Source: an uncultured candidatus Porisulfidus sp. (GTDB lineage: Bacteria > Pseudomonadota > Gammaproteobacteria > Poriferisulfidales > Poriferisulfidaceae). Taken from it: a stretch of DNA of 64,000 nucleotides. The notes beneath the pieces are model-generated. The model worked only from the letters and a program-made list of their open reading frames with translations, made no database searches and had not been told where the DNA came from. This document shows, piece after piece, positions 32,384 to 41,297 of this stretch (position 1 is its first letter; each line of letters starts with the position of its first letter). Location: the NCBI GenBank assembly GCA_965116025.1, contig OZ220480.1:1472001-1536000 (forward strand), in the 5' to 3' direction. Made by a program: the position numbers and the translations under genes.

Positions 32384-33766
32384 TTACAGCAGCAGCGCGC
32401 TGCCCAGGGCGAGGAAGGTCGCGAAGCCCACCACGTCGGTCACGGTCGTCAGGATCACGCCGCCGGCCAGCGCGGGGTCGACGCGCAAGCGGCGCAGGGC
32501 GGGGGGCAGCAGCACGCCGGCCAAGGCGGCGCAGACCATGTTGACGATCAGCGCGAGCGCGATGACCACGCCGATCATCCAGGTCTCGAACCACAGTCCG
32601 GCGACCAGCGCGACCACGCCGCACCAGATGAAGCTGTTGAGCAGGCCGACGCCGAGCTCCTTCGCCAGCAAGGCGCGGATGTTCTGGGAGCTGACTTGGC
32701 CGAGCGCCATGCCGCGGATGACCAGAATCAGGGTCTGGCTACCGGCGATGCCGCCCATGCTGGCGACGATAGGCATCAGCACGGCCAGCGCCACCACGCG
32801 TTGCAGGGCGTCTTGGAACAGCCCGATGGCGGCGGCGGCGATGAAGGCGGTGATCAGGTTGACGCCGAGCCAGACCGCGCGCCGGCGCGAGGCGGAAAGC
32901 GCCGAGTCGAACAGATCCTCGTCCTCGCCTAGCCCGACGTGACGATGCAGCGCTTCCACGCCTTCGTCGCGGATCACGTCCACCACGTCGTCCACCGTGA
33001 TTCGCCCGAGCAGCAGGTTGTTCTCGTCGACCACGGCCGCCGACACCAGGTCGCGATCCTCAAAGATGGCCGCCACCGTGCGGTCGGGCATATCCGCCGG
33101 GATCGGCGGTGGCTCGGGCTCCATTACCTCGCCGACCAAGGTGTTCGGATCATGCAGCAGCAGCGCGGAGATGGGCAGCACGCCAAGGTAGCGCTCGAAG
33201 CGGTCGACCACCATCAGCACGTCGGTATGGCTCGGAATGCTGTCGTGCCGGCGTAGGTAGCGCAGCACCACCTCCAGCGAGACGTCCGCGCGCACCGTGA
33301 TCACGCTGGTGTCCATCAGGCCGCCAGCGGTATCCTCGTCGTAGGTCAGCACCGCCTCCAGACGGGAGCGATACTGCTGGCCCATGTCGTTGAGGACTTG
33401 CGCGCTGACGGCTTCGGGGAGGTCGACCAGCAGATCCGCGAGGTCGTCGATGTCGAGTCCCTCGGTCGCCCCGACCAGGGCGTCCTCGTCCATCTCGCCG
33501 ATCAGGGAGGCGCGGACCTCGTCGCCGACCTCAAGCAACACCTCGCCGTCGTGCTCGCGGTCCAGCATGCCCCAGACGATGAAGCGCTGGGCGCGCGGCA
33601 GGGATTCCAGCAGCTGCGCGACCTCCGCCGGGTGCAACGCCCGCAACATCTGGCGGACCGCTTGCATGGTGCCGGAGTTCAGAGCCTCGGCCAACTCCGC
33701 GACATGCGCGCTCGGCGTTTGCGCGGGCGTTCGCGAGAGCGGCGGGGCGGGAGTGGACGCGGCCAT
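32384..33766 (-). CDS. mgtE: Magnesium transporter MgtE
   Basis: EDTAGGLM, CBS pair, GRITVDD, MPIVASMGGIAG and DPALAG..TTVTDVVG. Confidence 0.97.
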   Translation of the reverse strand: MAASTPAPPLSRTPAQTPSAHVAELAEALNSGTMQAVRQMLRALHPAEVAQLLESLPRAQRFIVWGMLDREHDGEVLLEVGDEVRASLIGEMDEDALVGATEGLDIDDLADLLVDLPEAVSAQVLNDMGQQYRSRLEAVLTYDEDTAGGLMDTSVITVRADVSLEVVLRYLRRHDSIPSHTDVLMVVDRFERYLGVLPISALLLHDPNTLVGEVMEPEPPPIPADMPDRTVAAIFEDRDLVSAAVVDENNLLLGRITVDDVVDVIRDEGVEALHRHVGLGEDEDLFDSALSASRRRAVWLGVNLITAFIAAAAIGLFQDALQRVVALAVLMPIVASMGGIAGSQTLILVIRGMALGQVSSQNIRALLAKELGVGLLNSFIWCGVVALVAGLWFETWMIGVVIALALIVNMVCAALAGVLLPPALRRLRVDPALAGGVILTTVTDVVGFATFLALGSALLL

Positions 33767-33819
33767 GAGCGGAGTTCAGGGCTTCGGGAAGTCCTGGCGG
33801 CGCAGGATGGGCCGGAAGG

Positions 33820-35565
33820 TCAGGCCTGGGCCAGCGCTTCGACCATGTCGTGGATTCGCTCCGGGTGCGCGCAGTCCAGGATTTTCCGGCACTGGCATCG
33901 CAGATCCTTGTACGAGACGTGGTTGATGATGTGCTTGATTTCCAGAAGGGATCCCGGGTGGGTGCTGAACTCGCGCAGGCCGAGGCCCACCAGCAGGCGG
34001 GTCAGGCGCGGATTGCTGGCCATCTCGCCGCACATGCCGACCGGCTTTCCGGCTCGCTCTCCGGCCTGGATCGTGTGGTGGATCAGAAACAGCACGGCCG
34101 GGTGGAGCGGGTCGAACAGGTAGTGCACCTGGTCGTCCACGCGGTCGATAGCCAACGTGTACTGGATCAGGTCGTTTGTGCCGATCGACAGAAAATCGAG
34201 ATGGCGCGCGAAGACGCCGGCCGAGATCGCGGCGGCCGGCACCTCGATCATTCCACCGACCTTGATCTCGGGATCGTACGGCACGTCCTCTTGGGCCAGC
34301 CGTTTTTGGCAGTCGCGGATCAGCGCGAGGCTTTGCGTCAACTCGGAGTTATTGGTGAGCATTGGCAGCATGATCTGCACGGGCCCGTGCGCGGAGGCGC
34401 GGAGAATCGCGCGCAGTTGCGCCATGAACATCGGCTTGTTCTGCAGGGAGCGCCGGATGGCGCGCAGGCCCAGCGCCGGATTCGGGGCGATCGCGCCCTC
34501 GTAGTCCGGGTCGAACTCCTTGTCGGCGCCCAGGTCCAGGGTGCGGATGGTCAAGGGCTTGCCGTCCAGCGCCATCACCAAGTCTCGATACACTTCGTAC
34601 TGCTCGTCGGCGCTGGCGCCTTCGGGGCGGTCCAGGTAGAAGAACTCGGTACGATACAGTCCGACCCCTTCCGCTCGCACCTCATGGACGTTGGGGATCT
34701 CGTCGAGCAGGTCGATGTTGCATTTCAGCGTGACCGTCTGCCGGTCGCGCGTGACCGCCGGCTTGTCGCGCAGCGTCATCAGGCGCTCCTTGCGCTCCTG
34801 CTCCATGCGCTGGTACTCTCGATACTGGTCGATCAGCCAGCTCGCGTTGTCGGCGCACAGGATGGTTCCGCCATGCCCGTCGATCAGCACCAGCTCGCCG
34901 TCCGCGAGCAGCGTGCCGGCGTCGTGCAGCCCGACCACCGCCGGGATCTGCAGACTGCGCGCCAGGATCGCCGTGTGCGACATGGAACTGCCGAACTGCG
35001 TGACGAAGGCGGCGACGTTCTGGTGCTGGATCAGCACGGTGTCGGCCGGCGTGAGGTCGTCGGCGACCACGACGCGGCCAGTCAGGTCGCGGCGCTCCGG
35101 GACTCCGGCCTCCGAGCCCGCCTCGCTCGCGGCCAGATTCTCCTGCACCTTGCGAATGACATGCTGCACGTCGTTCTGGCGCGTGCGCAGATAGGCGTCC
35201 TCCATGCTCTCGAACACGGCGACCAGTTGCTCCAGGGTGTTCTCTAGCGCCCATTCCGCGTTGCATCTCTCGTCGCGGATGGTGTCCGCGGGCATATCGA
35301 CCAGCATGCTGTCGTCCAGCATCAGCAAGTGGGCGTCCAGGAAGCTCGTGACCTCTTGGCGCATTTTCTCCGGCACCATGTCGCGCACCTCGCGCAACTG
35401 CGCGCGGGACTTCTCCAACGCGCGGTTCAGGCGCTCGACCTCAGGCTCGATCTCGTCCGGCTCCAGCGCGCGCTTGGCGATCTTGCTCTCGCCTCGCTTG
35501 AGCACATGGATCCAGCCTTGGGTGATGCCCCGGGAGACCCCGATCCCGTTGATGATCATGGGCAT
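33820..35565 (-). CDS. ptsI: PEP-protein phosphotransferase (PTS Enzyme I, no GAF domain)
   Basis: SHTAILAR, GLYRTEF, NPALGLR, FLSIGTNDL and CGEMA. Confidence 0.93.
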   Translation of the reverse strand: MPMIINGIGVSRGITQGWIHVLKRGESKIAKRALEPDEIEPEVERLNRALEKSRAQLREVRDMVPEKMRQEVTSFLDAHLLMLDDSMLVDMPADTIRDERCNAEWALENTLEQLVAVFESMEDAYLRTRQNDVQHVIRKVQENLAASEAGSEAGVPERRDLTGRVVVADDLTPADTVLIQHQNVAAFVTQFGSSMSHTAILARSLQIPAVVGLHDAGTLLADGELVLIDGHGGTILCADNASWLIDQYREYQRMEQERKERLMTLRDKPAVTRDRQTVTLKCNIDLLDEIPNVHEVRAEGVGLYRTEFFYLDRPEGASADEQYEVYRDLVMALDGKPLTIRTLDLGADKEFDPDYEGAIAPNPALGLRAIRRSLQNKPMFMAQLRAILRASAHGPVQIMLPMLTNNSELTQSLALIRDCQKRLAQEDVPYDPEIKVGGMIEVPAAAISAGVFARHLDFLSIGTNDLIQYTLAIDRVDDQVHYLFDPLHPAVLFLIHHTIQAGERAGKPVGMCGEMASNPRLTRLLVGLGLREFSTHPGSLLEIKHIINHVSYKDLRCQCRKILDCAHPERIHDMVEALAQA

Positions 35566-35837
35566 GGTTCGGCGCCTTCTCCAAATCCACTCTCGAACAG
35601 GCTCTCGAGGGCCCGCATCGCCTCCTCCTCGTCCGGGCCGCTGGTGAACAGCCGCACCGGCGTGCCGTGGGTGGCCGCCAGCATCATGATGCTCATGATG
35701 CTCTTGGCGTTGGCCCGTCGGCCTTCCTTCTCGATCTCCATCTGGGCTTGGTATTGGCTCGCCTCGCTGACCAGCTTGGCGGCGGCGCGCGCGTGCAGCC
35801 CGAGCTTGTTGACTACGGTGGCGTTTTTCTCGATCAT
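35556..35837 (-). CDS. ptsH: HPr-family phosphocarrier
   Basis: NKLGLHARAA (His15) and NAKSIM (Ser46). Confidence 0.92.
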   Translation of the reverse strand: MIEKNATVVNKLGLHARAAAKLVSEASQYQAQMEIEKEGRRANAKSIMSIMMLAATHGTPVRLFTSGPDEEEAMRALESLFESGFGEGAEPCP

Positions 35838-36235
35838 TCGGACTCTCCCGCTTCGATGATGATGCCGATGCGCCCGTTGGTGGCCAGGCTCTCGGCGAGT
35901 TGGCTTCGACCGCGTTGCTGCAGATTGAAGAGTTTCACGACCATCGGCAGGTTGATGCCGGAGACGAGCGTGGTCTCTGGACTCTCGCGCATTAGCCGTT
36001 TCGCCAGATTGTATGGCGTGGCGCCGTACAGGTCCGACAGGATCAGCAAGCCGTCCTTGCAGTCCAGCGAAGCGCGGAGCCCTCGAAGGTCGTCCAGCGC
36101 CGCGTCCAGGTCGCAATCCTCGACGACTCCGTAGCAGGCCAGGTTCTCCGGCTCGCGGGCGAAGATCCGCGTCGCGACGTCCACCAGATCCTGGCCCAGC
36201 TGGTGGTGCGTCACCGTTAGCATGCCGATGCTCAC
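35834..36235 (-). CDS. PTS EIIA component, mannose/fructose type (stand-alone)
   Basis: LTVTH, LILSDLYGATPYN and GINLPM. Confidence 0.9.
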   Translation of the reverse strand: MSIGMLTVTHHQLGQDLVDVATRIFAREPENLACYGVVEDCDLDAALDDLRGLRASLDCKDGLLILSDLYGATPYNLAKRLMRESPETTLVSGINLPMVVKLFNLQQRGRSQLAESLATNGRIGIIIEAGESE

Positions 36236-37098
36236 GCGCGCGCCTCCCGGTCCCGGTGCAGCACGGTGATTCGCAGGGAGCCGCCGTCCGCGAGCGACTC
36301 GGCCAGGCGTTCCGCCAGATAGACCGAGCGGTGCTGCCCGCCGGTGCATCCGATCGATATGTTCAGATAGTGCCGCCCGGCCTCAAGGAACAGGGGGATC
36401 CATCGGCCCAGAAATTTTCTCAGGTCTTCCAGCATCGCGTTGGCCTGTGGTTGTTTCGATAGATAGTCTCGAACCGCGGGGTCCGCGCCGTCCAGCGCGC
36501 GCAACTCGTCGACCCAGTGCGGGTTCGGCAATCCGCGCGAGTCGAACACGAAGTCCGAATCGCTTGGCACGCCGCGTCGGTAGGCGAAGGATTGTAGCAA
36601 TATCGACAGCGAGGCGCGACCGAGGTCGAGACGCTGACGGATCAGGGCGCGCAATTCATGGACGTTGGTGCGGGACGTGTCCACGCGCAGGTCGGCCAGA
36701 CTGGCGATCTCCGCGAGGCTCTCCCGCTCCCGCCGCACGGCCTCGCGCAAAGTCGGGAACCGGTCGGCCAGCGGGTGCCGGCGGCGCGTGTCGTGGTAGC
36801 GGCGAATCAGGGCGTCCTCGTCGGAATCCAGAAACAGCACGGTGACCTTGCAAGGCAGAGCGCGTAATTTCTCCAGGATGGACGGAAAGGCGGCCAGATC
36901 CTTCGGCAACGCGCGCGCGTCCATTCCGATGGCGGCCCGCTTCGGGTAGCGCGAGTCCGGGCGAGTCAGCAACGTCACGTATTCCAGCAGGAAAGCGAGG
37001 GGCATGTTATCGACGCAGTGGGCGCCGAAGTCCTCCAGCGTGTCCAGCGCGACCGACTTTCCTGAGCCGGACAGGCCGCTGACGATCACGAGCCGCAT
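36232..37098 (-). CDS. rapZ: RNase adapter RapZ
   Basis: SGLSGSGKS, TRRRHPL, LPNPHW and GCTGGQHRSV. Confidence 0.96.
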   Translation of the reverse strand: MRLVIVSGLSGSGKSVALDTLEDFGAHCVDNMPLAFLLEYVTLLTRPDSRYPKRAAIGMDARALPKDLAAFPSILEKLRALPCKVTVLFLDSDEDALIRRYHDTRRRHPLADRFPTLREAVRRERESLAEIASLADLRVDTSRTNVHELRALIRQRLDLGRASLSILLQSFAYRRGVPSDSDFVFDSRGLPNPHWVDELRALDGADPAVRDYLSKQPQANAMLEDLRKFLGRWIPLFLEAGRHYLNISIGCTGGQHRSVYLAERLAESLADGGSLRITVLHRDREARA

Positions 37099-37101
37099 GG
37101 A

Positions 37102-37554
37102 TCAGGACTTGGCGAGGGCCGTTAGCAGGGATTTGGGCTCGCGGCAGTCGCGCAGCGCCTTGAGCCGAGTGGGCGAGTCCAGGATCTCGGCCAGAGACTT
37201 GAGGTATCGCAAGTGGACGTCTTCAGCCTCGCTCGGCACCGCCAAGGCCACGAAGACATCCACCGGCGCGCCATCGATGGCGCCGAAGTCCACGCCCTTG
37301 ACGAGGGTTAGGATGGCGGCGGAGCTATCCGTCGCCCCGGGCACCCGGCAGTGCGGAATGGCGACGCCTTGGCCGAGTCCGGTGCTGCCTAGGTGTTCCC
37401 GGGCGACCAGCAGGTCCAGCAGCGCATGGGCGCGAATGCCAGCGAGTCCCGTGGCCAAGGCCTCGCTCAGTGCTTCCAGCGCGCGCTTCTTGCTATGGAT
37501 GTTCCGCCGCAACAGAAGACCGTCGGGGCGCAACAGGTCCAGAATGCCTCGCAT
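37102..37554 (-). CDS. ptsN: PTS EIIA-Ntr
   Basis: SKKRALE and REHLGSTGLGQGVAIPH. Confidence 0.93.
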   Translation of the reverse strand: MRGILDLLRPDGLLLRRNIHSKKRALEALSEALATGLAGIRAHALLDLLVAREHLGSTGLGQGVAIPHCRVPGATDSSAAILTLVKGVDFGAIDGAPVDVFVALAVPSEAEDVHLRYLKSLAEILDSPTRLKALRDCREPKSLLTALAKS

Positions 37555-37561
37555 GGCCGCC

Positions 37562-37882
37562 TCAGTTCAACTGATGGTGGGTGATCTGGCTCTGGTGGTG
37601 GTCCTTGAGTTTTTCTTTGTGCTTGAGGATCTGCCGGTCCAGCTTGCCGGTCAGCGTGTCGATCGCCGCGTACATGTCGGCGTGTTCGGCGCGCGCATGC
37701 AGGCGATGGCCACGGACGTGCAGGGTTGCCTCCGCGCGGTGCGTGTCGCGCTCGACCCCGAGCGTGATCTGGGTATTGATCACGTCGTCGAAGTGCCGGG
37801 TCAGGCGCTGGAACTTGGTGTGGATGTAATCGCGTAGCGGAGGAGTGATTTCAAGGTGATGGCCGGTGAGCTTCAGATTCAT
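37562..37882 (-). CDS. hpf: Ribosome hibernation promoting factor
   Basis: LTGHHLEIT, DMYAAID and KLDRQ..KHKEK; GGGAGG SD. Confidence 0.96.
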   Translation of the reverse strand: MNLKLTGHHLEITPPLRDYIHTKFQRLTRHFDDVINTQITLGVERDTHRAEATLHVRGHRLHARAEHADMYAAIDTLTGKLDRQILKHKEKLKDHHQSQITHHQLN

Positions 37883-37909
37883 GACTACGCGTCCTCCCGT
37901 TTTGGAAGT

Positions 37910-37917
37910 ATTATACA
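37910..37917 (-). promoter_or_regulatory. -10 element for the hpf-ptsN operon
   Basis: TGTATAAT on the minus strand about 28 nt upstream of the hpf ATG. Confidence 0.55.
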
Positions 37918-37991
37918 GCCAGGGCGAGTCTGGTGGGCGAGTTGGAATTCTCGAAATTTCGTGGTGGAGCGAAAGGTCGCGCGCCCTCCCA

Positions 37992-38049
37992 TTGACTTAA
38001 CCTAAATACTAGATATAATCGTCCTAAGGACGATTATATCTAGTATTTA
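37992..38049 (+). promoter_or_regulatory. Sigma70 promoter overlapped by a perfect 23-bp inverted repeat (AbiE-type operator)
   Basis: TTGACT (37992)-16 nt-TATAAT (38014). Arms TAAATACTAGATATAATCGTCCT (38003-38025) and AGGACGATTATATCTAGTATTTA (38027-38049). Confidence 0.85.
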
Positions 38050-38052
38050 CAA

Positions 38053-38964
38053 ATGAAAAAGCGTGCCGCGGGATTCCATGTGAGAAAGCTGAATCGGGCG
38101 GGCGCTTGCTTGGCCGAGTTCCTAGAAGAAAGCGAGAAGCCGGTGCTGACCCGGCTCGAGTTCTTCGGAATGATTCGGCGGATGTACCGGGAATCTCCCG
38201 AGAGGGGGTTGGGTCTGCGCAGTCACGCGCCGGGCGCGCGAGATTACGTTCGATTTCGGGCGGCCCTCAAGAAGGCTGGAGTGATCGGGAACGACCGAGA
38301 TTACGGGGCGCGGGTCATCCGAGCGTTGTCCGTTCCGGACCTTCCGGCCGAAGGGATCGTCAGTCTCGTTGATCCTGACTGCTACGTCTCCCATCTGTCC
38401 GCCATGCAGTATTGGGGGTTCACGGACCGCGCTCCTAGATCTCTGTTGCTGACTTGTCCAGACCGTGGGACCGCGGCCGCCCGGATGAGGGCGCGCGCGG
38501 AGAAGTTCCTAGGGGAGAGGGTGCCCCCGTTCCCCCTGACCTTGATCGAGCACCCTGCCTTCGTTCGACGCCGCCCCATCCACGTCACTCGAAGCGGAGA
38601 GGCGGGCGCGTGCTTGAGGAATCGAAGTCATGATTATGGCTTCACGCTCGCTACGCCCGGACAGACCTTCCTCGACATGCTCCGGAAGCCTCGCCTGTGC
38701 GGAGGCATGGCGCATGTGCTCGACGTTTGGGAAGAGCATGCGGTCGTTTATCTGGAGGACATCGTCGCCGCGGTCGAGCGGACATCGTCTGGAATCGTCA
38801 AGACCCGGGCTGGCTATATCCTGGAGGAATTCCTCGGCCTGCGCGGCCCGGAGATTGAGCGCTGGAAGGAGCGCGCGCGACGTGGGGGGAGCCGCAAGCT
38901 CGACCCGGATCAAGACTACGAGCCGACCTTCTCGAGTACTTGGGAACTCTCGCTCAATGTCTGA
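38053..38964 (+). CDS. Type IV TA antitoxin, AbiEi-like
   Basis: YVSHLSAMQYWG, T.GQTFLDML..P.LCGG, RAGYILE and W.LSLNV end; coupled to a nucleotidyltransferase gene. Confidence 0.8.
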   Translation: MKKRAAGFHVRKLNRAGACLAEFLEESEKPVLTRLEFFGMIRRMYRESPERGLGLRSHAPGARDYVRFRAALKKAGVIGNDRDYGARVIRALSVPDLPAEGIVSLVDPDCYVSHLSAMQYWGFTDRAPRSLLLTCPDRGTAAARMRARAEKFLGERVPPFPLTLIEHPAFVRRRPIHVTRSGEAGACLRNRSHDYGFTLATPGQTFLDMLRKPRLCGGMAHVLDVWEEHAVVYLEDIVAAVERTSSGIVKTRAGYILEEFLGLRGPEIERWKERARRGGSRKLDPDQDYEPTFSSTWELSLNV

Positions 38965-39547
38965 TTCCCCGATCAAGATCGATGTGGCGAGGTGGGTGGA
39001 GCGAGCTCGGGCCGATCCCGCCATCTATCGACGGCGCAAGGGGGTGCAGATTATCCTCAACGCCCTCGCTTCCAAGGCTCCTCTCAACAAGAAAATGTTT
39101 CTCAAGGGCGGCATGCTCATGGGGCTGGCCTATGACAGTCCCAGGCAGACGGTGGATATCGACTTGACGACGATTCTGGAGGCGAGAGACGGCGCTGACG
39201 AATGGATCCGCGATCTATTGAATCAGGAATTGCCGCGCGTCGCGAGCCAGCTGAATTACGCGGATCTCATGGTCGCCGCCCAGTCGGCCAAATGGCAACA
39301 GCGCGTGAGGCTGGAAGCCGCCGAGTTCCCTGCGCTGAGAATCCACGTCGCCTACGCGCTGCGAGGCACGAGACAGGAGAAGGCGCTCCAGAGAGGACAG
39401 GCTTCCAACATCATCAAAATCGACATCTCCTTCAACGAGCGCATGGGGCAGATCCAGATCCTGGAGTTGCCGGGCTTCGAGAGCTGCTTCGCGCGGGTGT
39501 CCGGGTTCTACGAGGGCTTGCCCTGGACGGGCTCGGCCTCCGCCTAG
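38957..39547 (+). CDS. AbiEii/DUF1814-like nucleotidyltransferase toxin, short (196 aa), probably internally deleted
   Basis: FLKGG...Y.SPR.TVDID NTase motif; lacks the later EK and R..D.YD motifs; stop overlaps the lptB stop. Confidence 0.7.
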   Translation: MSDSPIKIDVARWVERARADPAIYRRRKGVQIILNALASKAPLNKKMFLKGGMLMGLAYDSPRQTVDIDLTTILEARDGADEWIRDLLNQELPRVASQLNYADLMVAAQSAKWQQRVRLEAAEFPALRIHVAYALRGTRQEKALQRGQASNIIKIDISFNERMGQIQILELPGFESCFARVSGFYEGLPWTGSASA

Positions 39548-40266
39548 AGCTGGAAATCCTCTCCCAGATAGGTCTCGCGCACTTTCGAGTCTTTCAGGAT
39601 TTCTCCGGGCTCGCCCTTGGCGATGACGTGGCCTTCGGAGAGGATGTAGGCGCGGCGGCAGATGCTGAGCGTCTCGCGCACGTTGTGGTCGGTGATGACG
39701 ATGCCAATGCCGCGCTCGCGCAACTGCCGGATGATCGACTTGATGTCGGCCACGTGCAGGGGGTCGATGCCGGCGAACGGCTCGTCCAGCAGAAGGAAGT
39801 CCGGCTCCATCGCCAGCGCGCGGGCGATCTCGACGCGCCGGCGCTCGCCGCCCGACAGGGAGAACCCGCGGCTGCCGCGAATCCCGGCGATGGAGAGATC
39901 TTCCAGGAGCGATTCCAGGCGTTCCCGTCGTTCCGCTTTCGACAGGGACAGCTGTTCCAGCGCGCCCAGGACGTTGTCCTCAACCGTCAGGCGACGGAAT
40001 ACCGAGGGTTCTTGGGGCAGGTAGCCGATGCCCGCGCGGGAGCGCTGGCTCATGGTGAGGTCGCTGACGTCTTGACCGTTCAGCAGGATCTGGCCACGGT
40101 CATGGGGAATCAGCCCGGTGATCATGTAGAAGCAGGTCGTCTTGCCCGCGCCGTTCGGGCCGAGCAGCCCGACCACCTCGTGGTCTTCCGCGCGCAACGC
40201 GACCTCCGAGAGGACCTGCCGGTCGCGATAGGCCTTGCAAAGCCCCAAGGCCTCGAGCCTGGCCAT
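39544..40266 (-). CDS. lptB: LPS export ABC transporter ATPase
   Basis: GPNGAGKTT, YLPQEPSVF, LSGGERRRVEIAR, DEPFAG and TDHNVRET. Confidence 0.98.
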   Translation of the reverse strand: MARLEALGLCKAYRDRQVLSEVALRAEDHEVVGLLGPNGAGKTTCFYMITGLIPHDRGQILLNGQDVSDLTMSQRSRAGIGYLPQEPSVFRRLTVEDNVLGALEQLSLSKAERRERLESLLEDLSIAGIRGSRGFSLSGGERRRVEIARALAMEPDFLLLDEPFAGIDPLHVADIKSIIRQLRERGIGIVITDHNVRETLSICRRAYILSEGHVIAKGEPGEILKDSKVRETYLGEDFQL

Positions 40267-41297
40267 CACTCGGGGACCGCGTTCAGCCGAATTCGGACCC
40301 GTCCGGAAGGCTTGCGGGCGACGGGAGTCTCGACGCGCTCCTCGTCGATCAGGTAGACGATCTCCTCTCCCGTGAACTGGTTCGCGTTGACGCGTAGCTG
40401 AACGTTTCCGCGCAAGGTCGCCTTACGTTGCGGAATCTGGTAGAGGATGCTGCCGGCGTTCGCGCGCAACGGCTTGCCAGAGGCCAGGATGCTGGTCCAT
40501 CGGGCGTTTCCCTCAGCACGCAGGGCTTGTACCCGCTCGCCGTCGGAGTGCACCTCGAGTCGATCGGAGAGCAGGATCATCTCGCCTCGCTCGGCGCGCA
40601 CGTTTCCGTGGTAGACGCTGACTTTCCTCCGCGCGTCCCACTCCATGCGGTCCGCGCTCAGGTCGAGCGGCTCCTCCGGGCTCGCCTCTTGGGCGCGCGC
40701 GGCGGCGAAGGGCGCCTCCAGCGTTTCCGCGAGCTCCGTCCGCGCGGGCGGGAATTGGCGGACCTTCACGTCCCGCCGCAACGCGCCGCCCGAGCCATCC
40801 AGCCGATAATCCATTCCAACGCCGCGCATCACGGCGTGACGCTGGCGGAGCGTCACCGCCTGATCGCTGGAAATCCGATGGCGCGCCGAATCCAGGGTCA
40901 GCGATTCGCCGCGCACCAGGGTGGGGGCGAGGTCTGGCGGAGACAGCAGGAGCTCCACGTTCCCGCTCAGAACGACCCGGGACTCCCGAATTTCCCCATG
41001 GCGCGCCGAGGCCGTGGAATTCTCGTACGCTGGGTTGAGCCAACGCAAGCGTGGCGCGTCCAAGCGCAGGACCTGGCTTTTCGGATATTGGTCCAGCCGG
41101 GCGGACTCGACCTCGTACAGTAATTTTCCTTGGATGTCTCGAATCCGATGGCGCGCGCGCAGGTAGCTGCTCTCGGGTAGTTCCCGCTCGGCCGCGGGGA
41201 CGGGGAGCTCCGGCGCCGGGGCGCGAGCCAGGGCCCAGAGGCCGGCGACGAGGGCGGCCGCGAGCGCCAGCGTCAGCGGCGGGCGGAGGCGTTTCAT
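40266..41297 (-). CDS. LptC-LptA fusion protein
   Basis: N-terminal TM plus LptC-like jellyroll (VVLSGNV, SDQAV, GVGM), then an LptA-like domain (PLDLSAD, YHGNV, A.GN, LRGNV, GEEIVY, GRVRI) in one ORF between kdsC and lptB. Confidence 0.8.
   Translation of the reverse strand: MKRLRPPLTLALAAALVAGLWALARAPAPELPVPAAERELPESSYLRARHRIRDIQGKLLYEVESARLDQYPKSQVLRLDAPRLRWLNPAYENSTASARHGEIRESRVVLSGNVELLLSPPDLAPTLVRGESLTLDSARHRISSDQAVTLRQRHAVMRGVGMDYRLDGSGGALRRDVKVRQFPPARTELAETLEAPFAAARAQEASPEEPLDLSADRMEWDARRKVSVYHGNVRAERGEMILLSDRLEVHSDGERVQALRAEGNARWTSILASGKPLRANAGSILYQIPQRKATLRGNVQLRVNANQFTGEEIVYLIDEERVETPVARKPSGRVRIRLNAVPE

Noticed and set aside
37948-37971. RpoN-box-like RSTTKFRE as an rpoN pseudogene feature
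   Set aside because: Eight residues needing a gap could be chance; kept only as a hint within the rpoN finding.
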